A stretch of DNA of 64,000 nt from Patescibacteria group bacterium (GTDB lineage: Bacteria; Patescibacteriota; Minisyncoccia; Phycocordibacterales; Phycocordibacteraceae): NCBI GenBank assembly GCA_040388985.1, contig JAZKAU010000003.1, forward strand, positions 24,557 to 88,556. Direction: 5' to 3'. The notes beneath the pieces were generated by a model, which saw only the letters and a program-made list of their open reading frames with translations, ran no database searches and was not told the origin of the DNA. This document shows positions 53,805-61,650 of the stretch, piece after piece. The number at the start of each line of letters is the position of its first letter. The first letter of the stretch is position 1. A program made the translations under genes and the position numbers.

Positions 53805-54323
53805 TTATGCCTTGTAACGACTTTGCCAAGCCTCTAATTCAGTAAAAATTGAGTCTGTGCTATTCTCTGGCTTACGCTGAAGAATGGCATTTGCATTTCG
53901 CATGCAGTATTGGACCTCATCCATGTTATTTTCTTCCGTGTAGTATTTAAAACTATCCAGGATATCGACCGCTTTCACTACAAGAGCATCTTCTCCATTC
54001 TCGGCACAACGCTTGATAAGCTCTTCTGTCCTACTGGGCTCATCTGAAATCGAATCGTCTTTGGTGCAGGCACGAACGAGCCTGAGCACAGTATCTCCAA
54101 ATCCATCGGTTAGTTCTTTCTCTGTCACCTCGGTATCCTCAAGAATGTCGTGCAGTACTCCTGCCAAGACCATGTCCCGTGAATAGCCCTTTTCATACAA
54201 ATATACGCCTACCCTAATTCCATGAAATAGCACGGGCTTTCGGGTCCCTTCATGAGATATGGGCATTACTTGGGAAAGCAAGCGAATTGCTTTTTCAAAT
54301 TCAATATTGAGAGATTGCTTCAT
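53805..54323 (-). CDS. HD-domain protein resembling a small alarmone ((p)ppGpp) hydrolase
   Basis: SpoT/Mesh1-like HD motif HGIRVG...AGVLHDILEDT. The gene is AT-rich. Confidence 0.65.
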   Translation of the reverse strand: MKQSLNIEFEKAIRLLSQVMPISHEGTRKPVLFHGIRVGVYLYEKGYSRDMVLAGVLHDILEDTEVTEKELTDGFGDTVLRLVRACTKDDSISDEPSRTEELIKRCAENGEDALVVKAVDILDSFKYYTEENNMDEVQYCMRNANAILQRKPENSTDSIFTELEAWQSRYKA

Positions 54324-54541
54324 ACACCAATTTAACCATGAAAGTCCCGAGCATCGCTCCAGATTGCTTGAAGTAATTGAAATCCGAGTCTAACGAAAAC
54401 CGCGCCCTAATGGGCGCGGTTTTCGTGGCGAAGGAAAATGGCTTTAGATGCGAGGCGCGGGCAGGCCGCTGAGTGAGCCGTACTAAACGTACGGTGAGCG
54501 AAGCGGACGGGACCCGCAACAAAGCAGATGAAGCTATTTTG

Positions 54542-54910
54542 CTAGACTCCGCCGCCGAAACCGGAACGGCTCTTGGCCTTCCCGAGCGTCATGCGTCCGA
54601 TGAGTCCCTGCTTCTTCTCAGTCGCGTTGATCTCCTTCTCTGCGTGGACAGGTTCCTTATATCCTTCAGCGTGCTCGTGGATGTGCTCCTTCTTATGCTT
54701 TGCCTTGGTCTTCTCTTTGTCGGCCTTCGCCTTCATTTCCTTCTTAGGAAGGATCTGCTTGCCGCGATACATGCCGGTGGTCTCGTCCAGGCGATGTGGA
54801 AGGCGGAGCGCACCGCTATCCTTATCGGTAACGATGGAAGCCGCCGAGAGCGCGTGGTGGCTGCGGCGATTCTTAGTATGGGAACTGGTGTGGCGCATTC
54901 GTACTGACAT
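54542..54910 (-). CDS. Hypothetical Lys/His-rich protein
   Basis: The minus-strand ORF has protein-like composition, and the terminator hairpin cgaaaaccgcgccctaatgggcgcggttttcg lies at 54386..54422 on the same strand. Overlapping plus-strand ORFs look spurious. Confidence 0.35.
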   Translation of the reverse strand: MSVRMRHTSSHTKNRRSHHALSAASIVTDKDSGALRLPHRLDETTGMYRGKQILPKKEMKAKADKEKTKAKHKKEHIHEHAEGYKEPVHAEKEINATEKKQGLIGRMTLGKAKSRSGFGGGV

Positions 54911-54917
54911 ATACGGA

Positions 54918-55535
54918 CTACCCTACCACAGGGACCCCGGAAACGGAAGGTAGCCGGTCTGGGCGGATGAACGTGGCACGGTGGATGTCGCAGAGGCCGT
55001 GAGCTCGTAGAGCGTCCATATGGGCCTTCGTACCATACCCTTTATGCTGCGCAAAGCCGTATTCTGGGTACGTATCCGAGACCTGTACCATGAGCCGATC
55101 GCGGGTTACCTTCGCGGCGATGCTTGCCAGCATGATGGCCGGAACGAGTCCGTCGCCGCCTATGACAGTTTCTTGCTCATAGATTTCCGGCGCTATGAGC
55201 GCGCCGTCGAGCCATACCTTCCCTCCCGACGTATCCGGGAGCAGTGGCTTCAGTCCGCTCGCTATTGCTTCGCGTATCACGACCGCTATCCCGCGCTGAT
55301 CAATATCCTGCGCGGTCCGTAGCTTCACGACGTACGTGAGGTCGCCTGCGGCGACCCGCTCCTCAAGGAGCGCGAAGAGTGCTTCCCTTTTCTTCTCGGA
55401 CAGCTTCTTTGAATCATTGAGCCCTGGGAATGCAGCCAAGAAGTCGAATCCTTCAGGCGCGCGCACTATTCCCACCGCGACGGGCCCTGCAAGCGGACCC
55501 CGTCCTGCTTCATCTATTCCAACTACCATTCTCAT
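54918..55535 (-). CDS. rnhB: Ribonuclease HII
   Basis: [19 protein letters not shown] and the conserved DSK, with a start at the internal Met. Confidence 0.85.
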   Translation of the reverse strand: MRMVVGIDEAGRGPLAGPVAVGIVRAPEGFDFLAAFPGLNDSKKLSEKKREALFALLEERVAAGDLTYVVKLRTAQDIDQRGIAVVIREAIASGLKPLLPDTSGGKVWLDGALIAPEIYEQETVIGGDGLVPAIMLASIAAKVTRDRLMVQVSDTYPEYGFAQHKGYGTKAHMDALRAHGLCDIHRATFIRPDRLPSVSGVPVVG

Positions 55536-56145
55536 ACTCTTCAAATCGAAGTTCGGGCCATAGGGTATACCAGCCCTTCGCAGCCGCACGTTCTTTCGTC
55601 CAGGTCGAAAGCTCCGGACGAGTCGGTCGCACGATACCTTCTACCAGATCCTGTATACCCCAAGGTGCGCAGAGCTTGAGACTCCCGTCAGACGCAATCC
55701 GTATTCCGACGGCAGTCGCCGTCTCTACCCAATCGGCAATACCATCAGCTGCAGAATCATACGGTTTACGTTCATGGGCGCGTGCTGACCAAAGGTGCAT
55801 GCGTGCCTGGTTCTTCACTTCAAAAGTTACTGATGGTATTTGTTCTTGGAATTCATGGGCCAGACGTTCTTCCTCCTCCGAAACCGGATTCGACTCATCT
55901 TTTTGAATACTTCCAACTAGCTGTGCCTCGGGAACGCCGTATGAGGAAAGCGGTTTCCAATATGCTACGTCGATATCATTCAATGGCACCGCTTTACCCG
56001 TACCAAAACGAGCTTCCCAGACCGTATTGCGTAGGAACCCTGCTCCAATCCACCAGTCGCCGAGATCCGCTGCTGCCACTACCTCGAGTATCCGCATCTT
56101 TACTGCATCATTTCTGAATAGATCGAGGATCTGTTGCTTAGTCAT
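55510..56145 (-). CDS. Nucleotidyltransferase-fold family protein (uncharacterised)
   Basis: An hG[GS]-like GAGFLRN followed by NDIDV suggests a minimal nucleotidyltransferase fold. This is a weak call. Confidence 0.4.
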   Translation of the reverse strand: MTKQQILDLFRNDAVKMRILEVVAAADLGDWWIGAGFLRNTVWEARFGTGKAVPLNDIDVAYWKPLSSYGVPEAQLVGSIQKDESNPVSEEEERLAHEFQEQIPSVTFEVKNQARMHLWSARAHERKPYDSAADGIADWVETATAVGIRIASDGSLKLCAPWGIQDLVEGIVRPTRPELSTWTKERAAAKGWYTLWPELRFEEYENGSWNR

Positions 56146-56190
56146 GGCCTGATTTTAGCACTTGGCCTGCGGCGGGTATAATCAAGCGTA

Positions 56191-59100
56191 ATGGGTCGCT
56201 ATATACACCTCCACACGCATAGCCATTATTCCTTTTTGCAGGCGCTTCCCAAGGTCCCGGCCCTGGTCGCAGCAGCTTCGGACGCAGACATGCCTGCTCT
56301 CGCGCTCACTGACACTGGCAACATGCACGGCGCCATCGATTTTTATAAGGCGGCGATAAGGAAAGGCATCAAGCCCATCATCGGCGTCGATGCCTACATC
56401 GCCCCGCGCAGCAGGTTCGACAAGGATCCGGTGCAGGACGCCAAGCGCACGCGCCTGGTGCTACTCGCCGAGAATAATGCGGGCTATCAGAATCTGCTCA
56501 AGCTTGTAAGTGCTTCTCACATCGAAGGCTTCTTCGAGAAGCCGCGCATGGACCGCGATCTGCTACGTGCGCATAAGGAAGGACTCATCGCCATCATGCC
56601 GTCGTTCGCGGGCGATGTCGCGCGGCTCCTGGCTAGCGGCGACCCGAGGGGAGCCGCAGCGGCTCTGGCCGAATATAAGAGCATCTTCGGCGAGGATAAT
56701 CTTTACCTCGAGATATCGCATCATCCTCAGATCGCGGGACACGAGGCGCGCATGCGAAAGATAGTGGAACTCGGAGCTGAAGCTGAAATAAAAGTCGTCG
56801 CGCAGCACGATGTCTATTACCTCAAGCCTGAAGACCGGGAAGCTACTGAGGTGATGCGCCGTATCGGGCTCGGAGGCCAAGGCGGCAATGAGGAAGAAGA
56901 CTTCTCCTTCGTAACAGAGACGCAGATGCGTGAGTGGTTCAAGGACGTACCGGAGAGCGTCGACGAGAGCGGTCGTATCGCTGACCGCTGCGAAGTGTCG
57001 TTCGAGCTCGGAAGCTGGGTCTTCCCGAAGTTCGAGGTTCCGGAAGGCACCACCCATGAACAGATACTCCGTGAGCGTACCTATGCGGGGCTTGTTACGC
57101 GCGGCATGGAAAAGACGAACGAGGTCTTGGAGCGCATCGAGTATGAGCTCTCCATCATAAACGGCAAGGGCTTCGCACCATACTTCCTCGTCGTCTCCGA
57201 TCTCCTTAATCACGCCAAGGAAGAAGGAATCCTGACGACCACTCGCGGAAGCGCCGCGGGCTCGCTTGTCTCCTACCTCACAGGCATCACCACGGTGGAC
57301 CCGCTCGCCTATAAGCTTCCCTTCGAGCGCTTCCTCAATCCGGAGCGTCCTACGGCGCCTGACATCGACATGGACTTCGCCGATAACCGGCGCGATGAGA
57401 TGATCGCCTACGCGAAGGAGAAATACGGCGCGGACAACGTCGCGCAGATAGGGACGTTCGGTACCATGATGGCGCGCGCGGCAGTGCGCGATGTCTCGCG
57501 TGCGCTCGGTCATGCGTACGGCACCGGCGACCGGCTCGCGAAACTCATACCACTCGGCGCCCAGGGCTTCCCGATGACTATCGACCGCGCGCTGTCCATG
57601 GAGCCGGAACTCAAGACCCTTTACGACGAGGACGACGACACGCGCGAAATCCTGGACCTGGCGCGCCGTATCGAGGGCTGCGCCCGCCAGACGGGCGTGC
57701 ACGCGGCGGGCATCGTGATCTCCCCTACGCCGCTCACGGAGTGGACCGCGCTCCAGGTCGACCCCAAGACCGGAAAGCTCATCACGCAGTACGACATGCA
57801 CGCCATCGAGGACGCAGGACTCCTCAAGTTCGATTTTCTTGGCATCAAGAACCTTTCCATACTCGCGGACGCCGTCGCGCGCGTGAAAGAGACGCGCGAC
57901 ATCGATATCGACATCGAGAACGTGCCTATCGACGACGCAAAGACCTTCGAGATGCTCGCGCGCGGCGAGACGGAAGGCACGTTCCAGTTGAACGGTTCGG
58001 GCATGACGCGGTACTTGAAGGAACTCAAGCCGACAACCATTCACGATATCAATGCGATGGTCGCCTTGTACCGTCCGGGCCCTATGGAGACCATCCCGAC
58101 CTATATCGAGCGCAAGCACAATCCGAGCCTCATCCGCTATCTCGACGAGCGCATGAAAGAATATCTCGACATGTCGTACGGTCTCCTAGTGTATCAGGAA
58201 GACGTGCTTCTCACTGCCATCACGCTCGGCGGGTATTCCTGGCTCGAAGCCGATACGCTGCGCAAAGCTATGGGTAAGAAGATCCCGGCCGAGATGGCGG
58301 CGCAGAAGGAGAAGCTGCTCAAGGGATTCCAGGAGCATGCGGGCCTATCGCTCGCTAAAGGCGAGCAGATCTGGAAGCTTATCGAGCCGTTCGCGGCGTA
58401 CGGCTTCGGCAAGGCGCACGCAGCCTGCTACGGGAAGGTCGCCTATCAGACCGCGTATATGAAGGCTAACTATCCGGTCGAATACATGGCTGCGGTCCTC
58501 ACCGCGGACGCAGGCGATACGGAAGCCATATCCATCTTCGTTGCCGAGTGCGAGCGCATGAATATTCCGGTGCTTCCGCCGGATGTGAACGAGAGCGGCA
58601 CGGACTTCACGCCGCTCGAGATAGACCCGGAGAACAGCGTCCCTCAAACGGGACGCGCAGACCTGCGCGGCAGACGCGCCATCCGTTTCGGCATGTCGTC
58701 CATCAAGAACTTCGGCGAGGGCATCGCGGGCGCCATCCTCTCGGAACGAGAGAAGAACGGGCCGTATATCTCGCTTCAGGACTTCCTTTCGCGCGTTGGC
58801 TCAAGAGTGCACAGAGGCGTTGAAATGGCTGCAGATGCCAGGGCGCCGAGGAAGTCTGCCGAAGTAGACGTACTCGAACGTACGGCGGATGAGACAGACG
58901 GGCCCCGCAACAAAGCAGGTGCGGCTATTTCAGCGTCTCTGAATCGCAAGTCGCTAGAGAGTCTCATCAAGGGCGGCGCGCTCGACCGCTTCGGCGATCG
59001 CGCCTATCTTCTCTCAAATATAGAGACGCTGCTCGCCTTCCATCGCGACGCAACCGCACCCGCTCCGCAGGACTCCCTCTTCGGCGGAATGATGCTGACC

Positions 59101-59520
59101 TCGACGCTCATACTTCCCGAGAGCACGCAGACTACCCCGCTCCTTGAGAAGCTCATGTGGGAGAAGGAACTGCTCGGCATCTACGTCTCCGGCCACCCGC
59201 TTGATGCCTACGCGGACAAGCGTGCAAAAGCGGGCACAGACCTCAAGACTCTCAAGGAAGATCCGCAGCCCGGAAAAGTCGTCATCCTACCGGTGCTGGT
59301 GACGCAAGCCAAGATTCACCTCACCAAGGGCGGCGATCGCATGGCCTTCGTCACCTTCGACGATATGAGCGACTCCATAGAGGCCGTCATCTTCCCGAAG
59401 CTCTTCAAAGAATTCGCGAACGACATCAAGCCGGGAGCATGCCTCCTCGTTAAGGGAGCCGTGTCCATTCGTAATGGAGAATCCACACTGGCTATTGATA
59501 ATGTGAAGGTTCTCTCCTAA
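56191..59520 (+). CDS. dnaE: DNA polymerase III alpha subunit
   Basis: PHP domain HLHTHSHYS, a polymerase core and a C-terminal OB fold. It is 1109 aa. Confidence 0.95.
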   Translation: MGRYIHLHTHSHYSFLQALPKVPALVAAASDADMPALALTDTGNMHGAIDFYKAAIRKGIKPIIGVDAYIAPRSRFDKDPVQDAKRTRLVLLAENNAGYQNLLKLVSASHIEGFFEKPRMDRDLLRAHKEGLIAIMPSFAGDVARLLASGDPRGAAAALAEYKSIFGEDNLYLEISHHPQIAGHEARMRKIVELGAEAEIKVVAQHDVYYLKPEDREATEVMRRIGLGGQGGNEEEDFSFVTETQMREWFKDVPESVDESGRIADRCEVSFELGSWVFPKFEVPEGTTHEQILRERTYAGLVTRGMEKTNEVLERIEYELSIINGKGFAPYFLVVSDLLNHAKEEGILTTTRGSAAGSLVSYLTGITTVDPLAYKLPFERFLNPERPTAPDIDMDFADNRRDEMIAYAKEKYGADNVAQIGTFGTMMARAAVRDVSRALGHAYGTGDRLAKLIPLGAQGFPMTIDRALSMEPELKTLYDEDDDTREILDLARRIEGCARQTGVHAAGIVISPTPLTEWTALQVDPKTGKLITQYDMHAIEDAGLLKFDFLGIKNLSILADAVARVKETRDIDIDIENVPIDDAKTFEMLARGETEGTFQLNGSGMTRYLKELKPTTIHDINAMVALYRPGPMETIPTYIERKHNPSLIRYLDERMKEYLDMSYGLLVYQEDVLLTAITLGGYSWLEADTLRKAMGKKIPAEMAAQKEKLLKGFQEHAGLSLAKGEQIWKLIEPFAAYGFGKAHAACYGKVAYQTAYMKANYPVEYMAAVLTADAGDTEAISIFVAECERMNIPVLPPDVNESGTDFTPLEIDPENSVPQTGRADLRGRRAIRFGMSSIKNFGEGIAGAILSEREKNGPYISLQDFLSRVGSRVHRGVEMAADARAPRKSAEVDVLERTADETDGPRNKAGAAISASLNRKSLESLIKGGALDRFGDRAYLLSNIETLLAFHRDATAPAPQDSLFGGMMLTSTLILPESTQTTPLLEKLMWEKELLGIYVSGHPLDAYADKRAKAGTDLKTLKEDPQPGKVVILPVLVTQAKIHLTKGGDRMAFVTFDDMSDSIEAVIFPKLFKEFANDIKPGACLLVKGAVSIRNGESTLAIDNVKVLS

Positions 59521-59734
59521 GATATTCCCAGGAGCTTCCGAATGCAGCTTGGATGTCTCGTCCAATGATCCCCTGGACGAGCATGGTGCGTCGGTAACGG
59601 AAACCGACGGCCCGCGGGCGGCCCTTTCCCCCTCCCTTTAGGAGAGGGTCGCCCAAGCGAGCTCCTGCGGAGCTATTGATTATATTGAATTCGCGTCGGT
59701 CGAGCTCTGGCGGAGCCGGTGTGAATACGCCCGC

Positions 59735-59807
59735 GGCCTCCGAATCTTCTCAGGAAGATTCGGAGGCCGGATGCTTTTAGGCCGCTCATGTACGAGCGGC
59801 TCTTTCC
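59735..59807 (+). promoter_or_regulatory. thrS leader: a 15-bp perfect hairpin followed by a terminator-like hairpin with a U-tract (candidate attenuator)
   Basis: ggcctccgaatcttc tcag gaagattcggaggcc spans 59735-59768. It is followed by gccgctc atgtac gagcggc tctttcc at 59781-59807, about 28 nt before the thrS ATG. Confidence 0.4.
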
Positions 59808-59834
59808 ATACACTTATGGTATTCTCCTATCTAT

Positions 59835-61577
59835 ATGACAACGCTCGAAGAAAAACGGCATACGCTCGCCCACCTCCTCGCAGCAGCGATCCTCGAGCTA
59901 TACCCCGACGCCAAGCGCACCATAGGCCCGGCTATCGACGACGGCTTCTATTTCGACTTCGAATTCCCGAGCGCGAAGCCTTCTGAAGAGGATTTCGCGC
60001 ACATCGAGGAGACGATGCGCGACTTGCTCCCTACTTGGACCAGCTTCACCCGTTCCGAGCTCACCAGTGAAGAAGCGAAGGCGGAGTATCCAGGTAATCC
60101 ATACAAGCAGGAGCTTATCGACGAATTCACCAAGGACGGTCAGAAAGTCTCCTTCTACAAATCAGGCACGTACTCGGATCTTTGCCGCGGGGGCCACTCC
60201 GAGAATCCCGCGGCTGAGATAGCGCCCGACTCTTTCCAGCTCTCGCGCATCGCGGGCGCGTACTGGCGGGGTGATGAGAAGAACACGATGCTCACCCGTA
60301 TCTATGGTCTCGCCTTCGACACGAAAGAGGAGCTTGAGGCGCATCTGGCACAAATGGAAGAAGCGAAGAAGCGGGACCATCGTAAGCTCGGGGTCGAACT
60401 TGATCTTTTCACGTTCTCGCCGCTCGTGGGTTCGGGTCTACCTCTGTACACGCCAAAGGGAACCATCATCCGCGAAGAACTTGCAGCATTCTCTGAAGAA
60501 CTTCAGCGTGCACGCGGTTTTGAGAAAGTCTGGATACCACACATCACAAAAATTGACCTTTATAAGACATCGGGTCACTGGGATAAATTCGGCGACGAAC
60601 TCTTCCTCGTGAAAAGTCAGGAATCTTCAGATGAGTTCGCACTCAAGCCGATGAATTGCCCGCATCATACGCAGATTTATACCTCGAAGCCACGGAGCTA
60701 CCGTGACCTTCCTATTCGTTACATGGACACTACTACGTGCTATCGCGACGAGAAGACCGGCGAACTCTCTGGTCTTACGCGCGTCCGCTCTCTCACGCAG
60801 GATGACGGTCATGTCTTCTGCCGACCTGATCAGATCGAGGCTGAGTTTGAAGCGATCATGTCGATGGTAAAGAGCATGTATGGCACGCTCGGTATGAATT
60901 TTAAAGCTCGCCTTTCTTTCTCCGATCCGAAAAATCCTGATAAATATCTGGGTGATCCGCTCGTATGGAAACAGGCAGAATCGACGATCGAGGGGATAGC
61001 GAAGAAGCTTGAACTTGATTACTTCGTCGCGCCTGGCGAAGCCGCATTCTACGGCCCAAAGATAGATATCATGGTCATGGATGCTATTGGGCGCGAGTGG
61101 CAGTGCGCGACACAGCAGCTCGATTTCGTACAGCCAGAGAGATTCAACCTGGAATATACCGATACTGACGGCGTGAAAAAGACACCCGTTATGATTCATA
61201 AGGCGCTGCTCGGCACGATTGATCGCTTCATGGGAGTCTATATCGAACACACCGCTGGCGCCTTCCCCACCTGGCTCGCGCCCGTGCAAGCGTCGATCCT
61301 CCCTGTATCTGAGAAACAGATTGAGTATGCGACGAGCGTACGCGAGGCGCTGGTGGCTGCGGGCGTACGGGTTGAACTGGATGATGCGAATGACTCGCTG
61401 GGCAAGCGTATCCGCAATGCCAAACAATCCAAGGTTCCGTATGTACTCATCGTCGGCGACAAGGAAGTCGAGGATCAGACCGTAACGGTCGAGAGTCGCG
61501 ACAAAGGAAAGCTTGAGCCTGTAGCTATCGCCGATTTTGTTGTAGCTATTTCGAAAGAGATCTCTGAACGAGTATAA
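59835..61577 (+). CDS. thrS: Threonyl-tRNA synthetase (short form lacking the N-terminal TGS domain)
   Basis: N-terminal editing domain HLLAAAILELYP, class II motifs (FRDE-like YRDEKTGELSGLTRVR, GPKID) and an anticodon-binding C-terminus. Confidence 0.9.
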   Translation: MTTLEEKRHTLAHLLAAAILELYPDAKRTIGPAIDDGFYFDFEFPSAKPSEEDFAHIEETMRDLLPTWTSFTRSELTSEEAKAEYPGNPYKQELIDEFTKDGQKVSFYKSGTYSDLCRGGHSENPAAEIAPDSFQLSRIAGAYWRGDEKNTMLTRIYGLAFDTKEELEAHLAQMEEAKKRDHRKLGVELDLFTFSPLVGSGLPLYTPKGTIIREELAAFSEELQRARGFEKVWIPHITKIDLYKTSGHWDKFGDELFLVKSQESSDEFALKPMNCPHHTQIYTSKPRSYRDLPIRYMDTTTCYRDEKTGELSGLTRVRSLTQDDGHVFCRPDQIEAEFEAIMSMVKSMYGTLGMNFKARLSFSDPKNPDKYLGDPLVWKQAESTIEGIAKKLELDYFVAPGEAAFYGPKIDIMVMDAIGREWQCATQQLDFVQPERFNLEYTDTDGVKKTPVMIHKALLGTIDRFMGVYIEHTAGAFPTWLAPVQASILPVSEKQIEYATSVREALVAAGVRVELDDANDSLGKRIRNAKQSKVPYVLIVGDKEVEDQTVTVESRDKGKLEPVAIADFVVAISKEISERV

Positions 61578-61589
61578 CTAGATAGTAAT

Positions 61590-61627
61590 GAGAAAACCCG
61601 CAGCCACGAGTGGCTGCGGGTTTTCTC
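61590..61627. terminator. Bidirectional terminator between thrS and the surface-protein gene
   Basis: gagaaaacccgcagccacgagtggctgcgggttttctc. Confidence 0.75.
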
Positions 61628-61650
61628 ATTCATGGCTCTTTATTTCCCTA

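Noticed and set aside
54473-54953. Plus-strand ORFs of 144 and 126 aa
   Set aside because: They compete with the minus-strand 54542..54910 ORF. The plus-strand products are Leu/Ser/Cys-rich and junk-like, whereas the minus strand has a downstream terminator and sits in an operon position after rnhB.
56563-58119. 518-aa minus-strand ORF
   Set aside because: It is antisense to dnaE. It is Arg/Leu/Val-rich, typical of a GC-rich shadow frame.
59771-59986. 71-aa ORF starting at the RBS-proximal ATG in the thrS leader
   Set aside because: It runs out of frame through the thrS N-terminal coding region. More likely only a short leader peptide is translated, if anything. I treated it as part of the regulatory-leader finding.
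60627-61427. 266-aa minus-strand ORF
   Set aside because: It is antisense to thrS.
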